Below, in pieces: positions 1 to 9,643 of a DNA stretch of 64,000 bases (its first letter is position 1; each line of letters opens with the position of its first letter). Under the pieces are notes generated by a model, which ran no database searches, was not told the DNA's origin, and worked only from the letters and a program-made list of their open reading frames with translations. The position numbers and the translations under genes were made by a program. This DNA is from Candidatus Coprovivens sp. (lineage in GTDB: Bacteria > Bacillota_I > Bacilli_A > RF39 > UBA660): NCBI GenBank assembly GCA_051892935.1, contig JBJFGS010000018.1, positions 10,753 through 74,752 on the forward strand, read 5' to 3'.

Positions 1-1
1 C

Positions 2-424
2 GGAACATTTGGTTGTGGTAAAACTTTTCTTATATCAGCAGTATTTAACGAACTATCTAAAAAGAGAATAAGTACAGAAATAGTATACCTACCTGAATTA
101 TTACGTGATTTAAAAAGTGATTTCGACTCCTTTGCAGATAAAATAGATTATCTAGAAAATGTTGATTTACTTCTAATTGATGATATTGGAGCTGAAAAAG
201 TAACAGAGTGGAGTAGAGATGAAATTTTAGGAACAATCCTTCAACATCGAATGAATAACTATAAAACAACATTCTTCACTTCGAATCTTACTATTGAAGA
301 ATTAGAAGAACATTTAAAAATTAGTTCTAATATCGATGAAAATATAAAATCACGTCGTATTATTGAAAGAATAAAACAACTAACTGTAGACATGGAATTA
401 ATCGGTCAAAATAAAAGAAAATAA
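2..424 (+). CDS. dnaI: Primosomal helicase loader DnaI, 3' part (5'-truncated by window)
   Basis: Frame 2 reads GTFGCGKTFL (Walker A), LLLIDDIGAE (Walker B), WSRDEILGTILQHRM, FFTSN and RIIERIK, then stops at TAA 422-424. Not in the ORF track. Confidence 0.9.
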   Translation, partial: GTFGCGKTFLISAVFNELSKKRISTEIVYLPELLRDLKSDFDSFADKIDYLENVDLLLIDDIGAEKVTEWSRDEILGTILQHRMNNYKTTFFTSNLTIEELEEHLKISSNIDENIKSRRIIERIKQLTVDMELIGQNKRK

Positions 425-448
425 TCAAGATATCCTTGATTATTTTTA
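421..448 (+). terminator. Intrinsic terminator after dnaI
   Basis: ATAATCAAG-atatc-CTTGATTAT followed by a T run. Confidence 0.7.
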
Positions 449-449
449 T

Positions 450-478
450 TTGATATCTTCTATAAAATAGGATATTAT
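450..478 (+). promoter_or_regulatory. SigA-type promoter of surface protein copy 1
   Basis: TTGATA-17bp-TATTAT; the same layout occurs at 2470-2498 before copy 2. Confidence 0.6.
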
Positions 479-502
479 ATAAATAGAATAGGAGAAGTAT
501 AA

Positions 503-2365
503 ATGAAAAAAATATTTTACTTAATAATTACTTTTTTTGCCTTTATTACAATAACAAACGCCAAAGGATGTCAAGTTATTTCAGGAAACGGCTTCAAGAT
601 TGGTGATGAAATAGCTTGTGGAAGTGAACACTTTTATGTAATGTCAAATGATGGGACATATGTAAAAATGTTAGCTAAATATAATTTATTAGTCGAATCA
701 GATATGTATATATTAACGTTAAATGGCTTTTCAAGCAATCATTATAATGGATATTATGAAAATGAAGAAGTTAAAAAATTGTTACTAGAAGGATATTATG
801 TTGATAGTAGTGATTATGATTATGATAATAATACAAATACATATTACAATTTTAAGATTACTTTACTTAGAGACTACTATATTGATAGTAAAGCTGTATT
901 TTTCGATACAGAAAAAACAACTCTAAAAGAAGTATATAACGATGAGGAAATAAAAAAGTATTTAAATAATGACTATATATTAAAGAATACTTTTAATATT
1001 AATAACAAATATATAGGTGCACGATTATATAAATACTATGATAATGAATATGAATATAAAACGATAGTTTTAGATGGAACTCCCAAATCTTATTTTGAAC
1101 TATATAACACAGAAGAAATAAAAACATTATTAGAAAATGGTTATTATATATCATCATACGAATATACTATATGTAATAGTAATTCAAGTTTTAATTTTTG
1201 CGATTTTTATGCAGTTATATTAAAAAAAAATATGTATTACGACTATGTAAGTATTTTGGCTGATATGGAATACTCAAATAGTACTGATTTAACAGAATAT
1301 CTAAAAACTAATACTGATTATCAAAAATATATAGATGATGGATATAACTATGATTATTATAATTATTATAATAACTACGCTGGTGTATTATTATATAAGA
1401 GAATAAGTAGTGAACTTCATTACCAAAAAGAAATACTTCAAGATAAAACTGCCATAGGAAGTCATGGAGTTTCAAAAGAAAGTCCGACATGGCCGGCACG
1501 TGGAATATATGCAATGTCCTATTATGAAGACTATTATAATTATTACAATTATTACTCAGAAGATAAAGTTTATAATGATGGATTTTTTGATGTTACATTT
1601 GATACTGATAGCTATGCACTTTTTTATTTAAATATTTATAAAGATAGCTTAAATGAAAGTGGATATAATATTTCTAATATAGATTTGATTAGTGTTAAAG
1701 AATTGAATATGATACTAAAGGAGATTACTGGTAACGAACTACCATTAAATGAGTATTATCAGCAATTATTAGAATTATGGGAAAATAAAGAACTTGATTG
1801 GTATGACATTGTTACATTAGATAGTATAAAAGACAACATTAGTACTGAGTTACAAGAAAAATATAATTGGTTATGGGGAACGACTTATTGGACAAAAACT
1901 ACAAGTTTGATGAGTAATCGTATATTCATGTACTATGTTGATACATTAGGTGACTTGTGTAGCGCAGGAAACTATTGTCCAGACCCAGTTCCAGTTGGAT
2001 TAAGACCAGTAGTAACAATTTCTACAGATGATTTACTATATAAGATAGAAACAAAAACAGATGGTAATGGAAGTATAGAAACAATAACAGAATCTAAAGC
2101 TGGTAAGGGAGTAACTTTTGTCGTAACACCAAACGAAGGATATACATTAAAAGAAGTAAAAGTAACAGATGCTAATGGTAATGTCCTAACATTTAAGGAC
2201 TATACATTTACAATGCCTGATTCCAATGTTTTAATTGAAGCTACATTTGAAGTTGAATCACCACCGACTACAACAGCTAACATAACTATTGCAATTATCC
2301 TAATTTGTATTAGTTTAATAATAATTTTAAAATACAAAAGAAAAGGAATTTGGCTTATTAATTAA
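503..2365 (+). CDS. Secreted, C-terminally anchored surface protein, copy 1 (split DUF6273/CLec-like domain with 4 inserted repeats, divergent InlB-B-like domain, sorting-like tail)
   Basis: Signal peptide; GDEIACGSEHFYV..LAKYNL and YWTKT..GLRPVV motifs; VTPNEGYTL..FTMPDSNV domain; SPPTT + hydrophobic stretch + KYKRK. Confidence 0.7.
   Translation: MKKIFYLIITFFAFITITNAKGCQVISGNGFKIGDEIACGSEHFYVMSNDGTYVKMLAKYNLLVESDMYILTLNGFSSNHYNGYYENEEVKKLLLEGYYVDSSDYDYDNNTNTYYNFKITLLRDYYIDSKAVFFDTEKTTLKEVYNDEEIKKYLNNDYILKNTFNINNKYIGARLYKYYDNEYEYKTIVLDGTPKSYFELYNTEEIKTLLENGYYISSYEYTICNSNSSFNFCDFYAVILKKNMYYDYVSILADMEYSNSTDLTEYLKTNTDYQKYIDDGYNYDYYNYYNNYAGVLLYKRISSELHYQKEILQDKTAIGSHGVSKESPTWPARGIYAMSYYEDYYNYYNYYSEDKVYNDGFFDVTFDTDSYALFYLNIYKDSLNESGYNISNIDLISVKELNMILKEITGNELPLNEYYQQLLELWENKELDWYDIVTLDSIKDNISTELQEKYNWLWGTTYWTKTTSLMSNRIFMYYVDTLGDLCSAGNYCPDPVPVGLRPVVTISTDDLLYKIETKTDGNGSIETITESKAGKGVTFVVTPNEGYTLKEVKVTDANGNVLTFKDYTFTMPDSNVLIEATFEVESPPTTTANITIAIILICISLIIILKYKRKGIWLIN
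533..687 (+). repeat. 155-bp block identical to 2554-2708
   Basis: Base-by-base comparison, offset 2021. Confidence 0.95.
2028..2299 (+). repeat. 272-bp block identical to 4040-4311
   Basis: Base-by-base comparison, offset 2012. Confidence 0.95.
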
Positions 2366-2435
2366 AAAATAAATATATAATAACTATAATTTAATAAAAT
2401 AACTTCAGCGACTAAATTTTATTCATAATACAACC

Positions 2436-2466
2436 AAAGAATCAAAGAAATATTGATTCTTTTTTT
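2436..2466 (+). terminator. Intrinsic terminator between the two paralogs
   Basis: AAAGAATCAA-7nt-TTGATTCTTT plus T run. Confidence 0.7.
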
Positions 2467-2523
2467 CATTTGATAATATTCATAAAATGAGATATTATAT
2501 AAATAAGAATAGGAGAAGTATAA

Positions 2524-4377
2524 ATGAAAAAACTATTTTATTTATTAATTACCTTTTTTGCCTTTATTACAATAACAAACGCCAAAGGATGTCAAGTTAT
2601 TTCAGGAAACGGCTTCAAGATTGGTGATGAAATAGCTTGTGGAAGTGAACACTTTTATGTAATGTCAAATGATGGGACATATGTAAAAATGTTAGCTAAA
2701 TATAATTTGTTAGTAGGGACTGATTATTTAAAAATTGAATTAGATAACATAGAAGGAACTTCATCAAGTGTTGTCTTTACAGATTCTAAAGTTCAAGAAG
2801 CCATAAAAAACGGATATTATCATTTGTACAATACTAATTGTACTATATCCGATTCAATTTATACATGTGATCAAGCTATATTAACCCGCTCATCAACATA
2901 TTCGTCAAAAGTAATTTTTTTTGAAAAACCAATTTCTTCGATACACGAAGTATTTAAGAGTGAAGAAGTGCAGGAAATATTTGATGATGGCTATAAATAT
3001 AATGAATGTTACTCTTACAATAATTTAATTTATGGTATTTCTTTTATAAATGAAAATACAAATATTTATGATTACAAAACAGTTGTGTTTGATAAAAATT
3101 CAAGAATAACATATTCAGAACTTTTCAAAAAAGAGGAAGTGAAAAAGTTATTAGAAGATGGTTATATTTTTTCAAAAATATATGGAGAATCCTATTATAC
3201 ATGCGGAAATGAAAGTGAATGTTCGACAAATGTATATGCTGCTTTATTATACAAGGATTCTAGATACGAATTTGTAAATATTTTTGCTAATACAATCTAT
3301 AAAGAAACATCGGATTTAATAGATTATTTAACAAATAATGTCGCTGAGTATAATCAGTTACTAGAAAAAGGATATTATTTGAAAAATTATATTTACACTC
3401 CACATTCTATGTCTGGATCAAATATTGTATATACTTCTGATTTTACTTTAGGATTAGTTTTACAAAAAAAAGTTAAAAATCTAAATCTTTATAATTTAAG
3501 GCAAAATGAATTAGCCATCGGGGCTCATGGTAGTCAATATGGTAAACCAGAACCAGAAGAAATTGGAGTAATCAGTTCAGCTTTGATTTGGGGAAAATAT
3601 GAAAACAATATAATTTATGATGAAGGATATATTGATGCTTACTTTGATGAAGATGCAGGTTATTACCTAAATTCCTATTACGATACATTAATTAATGATG
3701 GTTATGACATAGAGGATGTAATTGTTCCTAGCGTAGGGGATTTGAATGAATTAGCTTTTAAATTAACAGAAGCATATTTGCCATTATCTAAATGGTGGTA
3801 TGAATGGGAAGAAAACTATTCGGATATGTTAAATAATAAGTACTATATAGTTGGAAGCATTAAAGATTATATTCCAGAGGAATATTCGTGGATATGGAGT
3901 ACTACATATTGGACAAGAACTTGGGACCCAGATGGAAATCATGCATACTTTGTTGATACTTTAGGAAACTTATGTTCGGCTCATTATTGCAATTATATTG
4001 TAGGTGCCGGATTAAGACCATTAGTCACAATCTCAGCAAATGATTTACTATATAAGATAGAAACAAAAACAGATGGTAATGGAAGTATAGAAACAATAAC
4101 AGAATCTAAAGCTGGTAAGGGAGTAACTTTTGTCGTAACACCAAACGAAGGATATACATTAAAAGAAGTAAAAGTAACAGATGCTAATGGTAATGTCCTA
4201 ACATTTAAGGACTATACATTTACAATGCCTGATTCCAATGTTTTAATTGAAGCTACATTTGAAGTTGAATCACCACCGACTACAACAGCTAACATAACTA
4301 TTGCAATTATCTTAATTTGTATAAGCTTAATAATAATTCTAAAATACAAAACAAAAGGAAAATGGCTTAATAATTAA
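2524..4377 (+). CDS. Secreted, C-terminally anchored surface protein, copy 2 (paralog of 503-2365)
   Basis: Same architecture; near-identical N- and C-termini, divergent middle; YWTRT..GLRPLV. Confidence 0.7.
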   Translation: MKKLFYLLITFFAFITITNAKGCQVISGNGFKIGDEIACGSEHFYVMSNDGTYVKMLAKYNLLVGTDYLKIELDNIEGTSSSVVFTDSKVQEAIKNGYYHLYNTNCTISDSIYTCDQAILTRSSTYSSKVIFFEKPISSIHEVFKSEEVQEIFDDGYKYNECYSYNNLIYGISFINENTNIYDYKTVVFDKNSRITYSELFKKEEVKKLLEDGYIFSKIYGESYYTCGNESECSTNVYAALLYKDSRYEFVNIFANTIYKETSDLIDYLTNNVAEYNQLLEKGYYLKNYIYTPHSMSGSNIVYTSDFTLGLVLQKKVKNLNLYNLRQNELAIGAHGSQYGKPEPEEIGVISSALIWGKYENNIIYDEGYIDAYFDEDAGYYLNSYYDTLINDGYDIEDVIVPSVGDLNELAFKLTEAYLPLSKWWYEWEENYSDMLNNKYYIVGSIKDYIPEEYSWIWSTTYWTRTWDPDGNHAYFVDTLGNLCSAHYCNYIVGAGLRPLVTISANDLLYKIETKTDGNGSIETITESKAGKGVTFVVTPNEGYTLKEVKVTDANGNVLTFKDYTFTMPDSNVLIEATFEVESPPTTTANITIAIILICISLIIILKYKTKGKWLNN

Positions 4378-4395
4378 AAAATTGTTAAATAATAT

Positions 4396-4424
4396 AAAAA
4401 ATAGCGATAATATCGCTATTTTTT
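4396..4424 (+). terminator. Intrinsic terminator
   Basis: AAAAAATAGCGATA-a-TATCGCTATTTTTT. Confidence 0.7.
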
Positions 4425-4448
4425 GTTATAATATTTTTGGTGATATAA

Positions 4449-5384
4449 ATGAGAAATACAAAAGTAATATTTATGGGTACTCCAGACTTTGCTGTACCAG
4501 TATTAGAAGGCTTATTAGAAAATACCAATGTTATAATGGTTGTAACACAACCAGATAAAGAAGTAGGTCGCAATCATGAAATAGTTCCGACTCCAATTAA
4601 AAAAATAGCTCAAGAACATAATGTTGAAGTATTTCAACCAATCAAAATAAGAAATGACTACGAAAAAATTATCAACGCAGGAGCTGATATTATTATAACT
4701 TGTGCATATGGTCAAATTATTCCTGAAATAATTTTAAACAATCCTCCTTTAGGATGTATCAATGTTCATGCATCCCTATTACCTCGATTAAGAGGCGGAG
4801 CACCACTTCACCATGCTTTAATCGATGGTGAAACAAAAACCGGTGTAACTATTATGTACATGGATAAAAAAATGGATACAGGTGATATCATATCCCAAAA
4901 AGAATATATTATTAAAAATACTGATAATGTAGGAATAATTCATGATACTTTAAGCATTATGGGAAAAGAACTATTATTAGAAACATTACCATCCATAATA
5001 GAAAAAACCAATAATAGAACTCCTCAAAATAACGAAGAAGCAACATATGCTTACAACATATCACGTGAGGAAGAACACATCGATTTCAATCGCCCAGCTA
5101 AGGAAATATACAATCAAGTAAGAGGATTATACCCTTGGCCAAAAGCCAATACAATAATAGATGGTTTAGAAGTTAAAGTCCTAGAATGCTTTATAAGTGA
5201 TAAAGATTCAAATTTTTCATCCGGAACAATTTGTGATATTACCAAAGATAGTATAGGTATATGCACTAAAGACAAAGTTATTTATATAACCAAAGTAAAG
5301 CCATTCGGCAAAAAAGAAATGCTTGCCTTAGATTACATAAATGGCTTAAATAAAGAAAAAATACTACATAGTATAGTAGAGTAA
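4449..5384 (+). CDS. fmt: Methionyl-tRNA formyltransferase
   Basis: IFMGTPDFAV, VVTQPDK, NVHASLLPRLRGGAP, MDTGD motifs. Confidence 0.97.
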   Translation: MRNTKVIFMGTPDFAVPVLEGLLENTNVIMVVTQPDKEVGRNHEIVPTPIKKIAQEHNVEVFQPIKIRNDYEKIINAGADIIITCAYGQIIPEIILNNPPLGCINVHASLLPRLRGGAPLHHALIDGETKTGVTIMYMDKKMDTGDIISQKEYIIKNTDNVGIIHDTLSIMGKELLLETLPSIIEKTNNRTPQNNEEATYAYNISREEEHIDFNRPAKEIYNQVRGLYPWPKANTIIDGLEVKVLECFISDKDSNFSSGTICDITKDSIGICTKDKVIYITKVKPFGKKEMLALDYINGLNKEKILHSIVE

Positions 5385-5388
5385 TTAT

Positions 5389-5964
5389 ATGAATAATAAA
5401 AAGTTTTTAAAAATATATGGTTTAATAATACTCCTTCTATTATTAGTTATTTTTATTATACCAGATGAGTTTTATTTAAAATTAGTAACAAAACTTCATA
5501 AACAAGAAATAACAGTTAAAGAAAGCAAAACATATACTTTTACCGAAATATCAAAGCAACAAGAAAAACTACTAACAGATAACTATCAATATGAATATCT
5601 TATGTTAGATAGCATTGGTGAAAAAACAATTACAGTAAGTTGTGAAGGTGAAAAAAAAGGTAACACTGATAACGGATCATGTACTCAATCAGAAGAAAAA
5701 ACATATACTAAAGAAACAAAAAAAGATACAATTCTTAGTATGAATGTTAAATATATAGATTTAGAATATATTTTTAATGCAATAAAAGATATAGAACCAT
5801 CTAAGATAACATATACTAAAACAAGAGAATTATTATATAAAACTAAATTATTAGAATTAGATACAGATATTACAATATATACAGATTTAGAAAATATTAC
5901 ACAAATAAGTATAAGCAACGCCTATATGACATATGTATTTAAATATATAAGTACCAACGATTGA
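5389..5964 (+). CDS. Hypothetical protein with N-terminal membrane anchor
   Basis: 191-aa ORF, hydrophobic N-terminus, no recognised motif. Confidence 0.7.
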   Translation: MNNKKFLKIYGLIILLLLLVIFIIPDEFYLKLVTKLHKQEITVKESKTYTFTEISKQQEKLLTDNYQYEYLMLDSIGEKTITVSCEGEKKGNTDNGSCTQSEEKTYTKETKKDTILSMNVKYIDLEYIFNAIKDIEPSKITYTKTRELLYKTKLLELDTDITIYTDLENITQISISNAYMTYVFKYISTND

Positions 5965-6013
5965 CAATTAATAATTCACTTGATATCATATGAAAATGAG
6001 GGGAAATTTTGGT

Positions 6014-6868
6014 ATGAAAAAGGAAAAAGTTATTAAGATAGAAAAGGAATCTAAGTTAGAAAAAAATCATACAAGAAATAAAATATTAGTAAACATGATA
6101 ACAGGAATCCGTTCTTTAGGAACAATTGCCATAATACCTATATTTCTGCAATGTGGTTCATTTACAACCGCTCTTGCTGCCGCAGGATTCTTTGCTACTG
6201 ACTTCATTGATGGTTTTCTAGCAAGAAAATTAAAAGTTCAATCATTTTTTGGCAGTTTATTAGATGCCTTATCAGACAAAGCATTTGGAATAATTTGTCT
6301 AACTTTATTATCTACACTTAATCCTATATTTATAGCTATTATCGGTATAGAATTAGGAATATTTGCGATAAACTATCATAGTGCTCAAAACAACAACAAT
6401 GTCAAAACAAGTCAAGTTGGTCGTGCTAAAACTCTATTATTAGCAGCCACAATTGTTGGAAGTCTCTTCTGTTATGGCGCACCCACATTAAAAGAAGTTC
6501 TAAATTATATTAATATATCTTCTTTTAATACATTACTAGAAACAAACCCAAATATTTTATCAACAATTCTTGCTATACCACTAATAGGAGCCAATTTATA
6601 TGTTGCAAAAGATTATCTAAATACTGCTAAAAAGCAAGAAAAAAAACAAGAACAATCTAAAGAACCACCAACTTATGAAATAGCTAAAGATAGCCTTTCT
6701 ACAAATTTAGAGCAAATTGCTCAAGAAAGAGAAAAACTTCTCGGTCAAAAAGAACAACTAAAAGTATTAAAGTCACGTGAAGAAATAATCCACGACTTAT
6801 TTGATACAGAATTTTATCTAAAACACAAGGATGATAAAATAAAATCATTATTATATAAACGAAGGTAG
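6014..6868 (+). CDS. CDP-alcohol phosphatidyltransferase family protein with soluble C-terminal extension
   Basis: DFIDGFLARK..FGSLLDALSD signature (DxxDGxxAR..GxxxDxxxD); start chosen after GAGGGG RBS. Confidence 0.85.
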   Translation: MKKEKVIKIEKESKLEKNHTRNKILVNMITGIRSLGTIAIIPIFLQCGSFTTALAAAGFFATDFIDGFLARKLKVQSFFGSLLDALSDKAFGIICLTLLSTLNPIFIAIIGIELGIFAINYHSAQNNNNVKTSQVGRAKTLLLAATIVGSLFCYGAPTLKEVLNYINISSFNTLLETNPNILSTILAIPLIGANLYVAKDYLNTAKKQEKKQEQSKEPPTYEIAKDSLSTNLEQIAQEREKLLGQKEQLKVLKSREEIIHDLFDTEFYLKHKDDKIKSLLYKRR

Positions 6869-6875
6869 TGAAGTC

Positions 6876-7388
6876 ATGAACAAACAGGATATGCAGATTT
6901 TAGTAGAACAATATTTTAAATTCATTGGAATTTCTAAAAAATATCAAAAAAGAATATTTAATATATTAAGTTATTGTAAAGAAGTTAGAGATACTGCATA
7001 CCCAATGAAGAATTCAAATGTAACAGAACTTCAACTAGTAGAGTTTACAGCTCGTAAAGAAAAAGATTTATTCTATATAAATGGTTCCTTATCTTTAGTA
7101 GATGGTGAAAAAAGTGAAAATAGAACTTTTGAAGCTTATGTATTTGAAGATAAAGAAGAAGGTAAAACAAGAGTATATATGGATATTACAAGATTATGCG
7201 TTGAAGATGAACCTAAAATGATTCGTACTAGCGAAGATATTATTGAAGATGAGCAAAACGTTATATCAGTAACAATGTATGCTTCAAGTGATGCTTCTGA
7301 AGAAAAAATGTTTTCTGCTGAATTCCCTAAAAACCCATCTGATGACTACGTTTTTAATCAAAAAGCCAAACAATTAAGTGCTCTATAA
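6876..7388 (+). CDS. Hypothetical cytoplasmic protein
   Basis: 170-aa acidic ORF with AGGT RBS-like sequence. Confidence 0.7.
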   Translation: MNKQDMQILVEQYFKFIGISKKYQKRIFNILSYCKEVRDTAYPMKNSNVTELQLVEFTARKEKDLFYINGSLSLVDGEKSENRTFEAYVFEDKEEGKTRVYMDITRLCVEDEPKMIRTSEDIIEDEQNVISVTMYASSDASEEKMFSAEFPKNPSDDYVFNQKAKQLSAL

Positions 7389-7433
7389 GAAGCACTTATT
7401 TTTATTTATGATATAATGAAATAGGTGATTTAA

Positions 7434-8720
7434 ATGACACAAACAAAAAACATCGTTATTTCAATAATTCTTTTTTGTATAATAATTATCTTTAACATAT
7501 ATCAAAAAAAGAGAGTTAAAAATACATACAAAGACACTTTATATAATAAAACAAAGAATTTAAAGAAGATATTGTACATACTTAGTATTTTTACGTTTAT
7601 TATAGTATTAATCCTAAATATAGTAATTTATGGAAACATTACAGATACAAAAACGACAATATCATATATAGTTAATGCCTTATCTATTTCTATACTAATA
7701 TCTCCAATTACTATAAGCAATCTTTATATTTGTTATTTTAAAGATGAAGAAAAAATATCTCATATAAAAACAATAGTGACTAATAATATTAATTCCAATC
7801 TTTTAAAAAAATTTAAAAAAGCAGATATAAATATAATATATCTTTCTTCAAAAGAAAATGATTTTAAACTAAAAACAATAGAAGAAAAAGATATACAAAA
7901 ATCTCTATTAACAAAAAGTATTCAAATAAAAACAGATAATCTAAATATAATAGATAATTTAATAAATAAGGAAAACACGATTAAAGAATATAAAAATACA
8001 ACTGAATTATATAATAAAATATATAATGCTCGAGGAACACATGATAACTTTATAAGAGGATTAAAATATACTATAAGAACATATTTAGCTATAATTATAA
8101 GCTATATGCTTTTATTAATAATGGGATTCCCATTTACTTATAATCTTCTACTAGTTATCATTTTAAAAATATTTACTATTATAACAACCAATATAATATA
8201 TAAAAAAATGCCCTACGATAAAGACATAATGGAAAGAAAAGTAAAAGATAAAAATGTAATATTAGGTAAACAAGAATTACTATTTACTATAATAGAAAGT
8301 TTCTACATATCATTTGTTATAACATTACCATATATGTATATTATGTCCCAAGGTGGAACTCAACAATTTGCTAATACAACATACTATTTAATCTTTATTT
8401 ATTCAGAATTATTTATAATCTATTCTAATATAAGTGAATCATTTATCTTAATAAATATCTTTAAATCTTTAAAAAATATATATCTAATAGTATATAGTAT
8501 ATTTAATATACTAATAGTATTATTATTAAATTTTACAACAATATTTAATACTAGAAACATCTATTTACATAATAATATATCATGTTTATTATTTGGTTTA
8601 ATACCAATTGTTTTTATTGAACTCACCAAATTAGCAAGATACTTTACTTTGAAAGGAAAGAAAAAAAATGAAAATAAAAATAACAAAAAACAAAGAAGAA
8701 GCAAATCTAATAACTCATGA
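7434..8720 (+). CDS. Membrane protein resembling a P-type ATPase membrane domain, lacking catalytic motifs
   Basis: NARGTHDNFIRGLKY..GFPF..MPYDKDIMERKVKD aligns by eye with EGRTAYSNIRKITLF..GYDIP..EKAEESIMKEKPRD of 21310-23925; no DKTGT, TGES or GDGVND. Confidence 0.6.
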   Translation: MTQTKNIVISIILFCIIIIFNIYQKKRVKNTYKDTLYNKTKNLKKILYILSIFTFIIVLILNIVIYGNITDTKTTISYIVNALSISILISPITISNLYICYFKDEEKISHIKTIVTNNINSNLLKKFKKADINIIYLSSKENDFKLKTIEEKDIQKSLLTKSIQIKTDNLNIIDNLINKENTIKEYKNTTELYNKIYNARGTHDNFIRGLKYTIRTYLAIIISYMLLLIMGFPFTYNLLLVIILKIFTIITTNIIYKKMPYDKDIMERKVKDKNVILGKQELLFTIIESFYISFVITLPYMYIMSQGGTQQFANTTYYLIFIYSELFIIYSNISESFILINIFKSLKNIYLIVYSIFNILIVLLLNFTTIFNTRNIYLHNNISCLLFGLIPIVFIELTKLARYFTLKGKKKNENKNNKKQRRSKSNNS

Positions 8721-9582
8721 TGGAAAATTTCATCCTGATGATATTTTTTCAACAGTTCTTTTATCTAAAATTGTTGAAAAACCATGTCTATATCGTATAG
8801 GAGTAGGTCAAGTAGAAAGTGAAAAAGCTATCATCTATGATGTTGGTTTTGGTAAATTTGATCACCATGGACCAAATGCTAAAAAAAGGCCCAATAGTAA
8901 TTTAAAATATTGTTCATTCGGTCTATTATGGACAGAATATGGCCATAAATACCTTAACAAAGAAAATTATGATTACGTTGAAGAATTATATAATGCTATT
9001 GAAGAAACACTAGTAAAACAAATAGATGGTATTGATAATGGAATATTTCCTGAAATAAAAGCCGAATACAAATTATTAGATTTAGATGAAATAATTGATA
9101 TGTACAATCCAACTTGGGAAGAAACCCCTGATACAGATATTAACTTTGCTAATGCTTTAAATATAGCTGAAGAAATATTTGATAACGTAATAAGAACAGA
9201 ATATTCTAAAATAAAAGCAACGAAAATTGTTGAATCAAAAATTAATAGTGTCAAAAATAATATCTTGATACTTGATAAATATATGCCATATCAGCATGCT
9301 ATCTTCTCATCAACAAATCCATTAGCTAAGGAAATAAAAATTATAATTCTTCCTTCCAACAGAGGTGGCTATTGTATAAAACCTATAACAGTAAGAGAAG
9401 AATCAAAAGAACTATTAATAAACTTTCCTAAAGAATATCGTGGTTTACATGATGAAGAATTAGCTAAAATTTCAGGAATTAAAACTGCTAAATTTGTTCA
9501 CGCAAGTGGATTTTTAGCATCAACGGAAACATTAGAAGATGCAATACTTTTAGCACATAAAGCTCTTGAAAATAAGGAATAA
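8668..9582 (+). CDS. MYG1 family protein (metal-dependent hydrolase/exonuclease)
   Basis: ITHDGKFHPDD, YDVGFGKFDHH, SFGLLW, IDGIDNG, FVHASGF motifs. Confidence 0.9.
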   Translation: MKIKITKNKEEANLITHDGKFHPDDIFSTVLLSKIVEKPCLYRIGVGQVESEKAIIYDVGFGKFDHHGPNAKKRPNSNLKYCSFGLLWTEYGHKYLNKENYDYVEELYNAIEETLVKQIDGIDNGIFPEIKAEYKLLDLDEIIDMYNPTWEETPDTDINFANALNIAEEIFDNVIRTEYSKIKATKIVESKINSVKNNILILDKYMPYQHAIFSSTNPLAKEIKIIILPSNRGGYCIKPITVREESKELLINFPKEYRGLHDEELAKISGIKTAKFVHASGFLASTETLEDAILLAHKALENKE

Positions 9583-9643
9583 AATTCCTTTTTTTTTATG
9601 TATAATAATGTTATAATATATAAAGAATAAGGAGTTGTGCTAC

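Noticed and set aside
1880-4035. Diversity-generating retroelement acting on the CLec-like C-terminal motifs of the two surface proteins
   Set aside because: No reverse transcriptase or template repeat in the window; differences between the YWT..GLRP regions are not adenine-specific and include indels. A trans-acting DGR elsewhere cannot be excluded.
8668-8720. Programmed frameshift or fusion at the 53-bp gene overlap (also lspA/RluA gene, 35554-35609)
   Set aside because: Downstream genes have their own RBS and start; the overlaps look like low-complexity C-terminal run-ons
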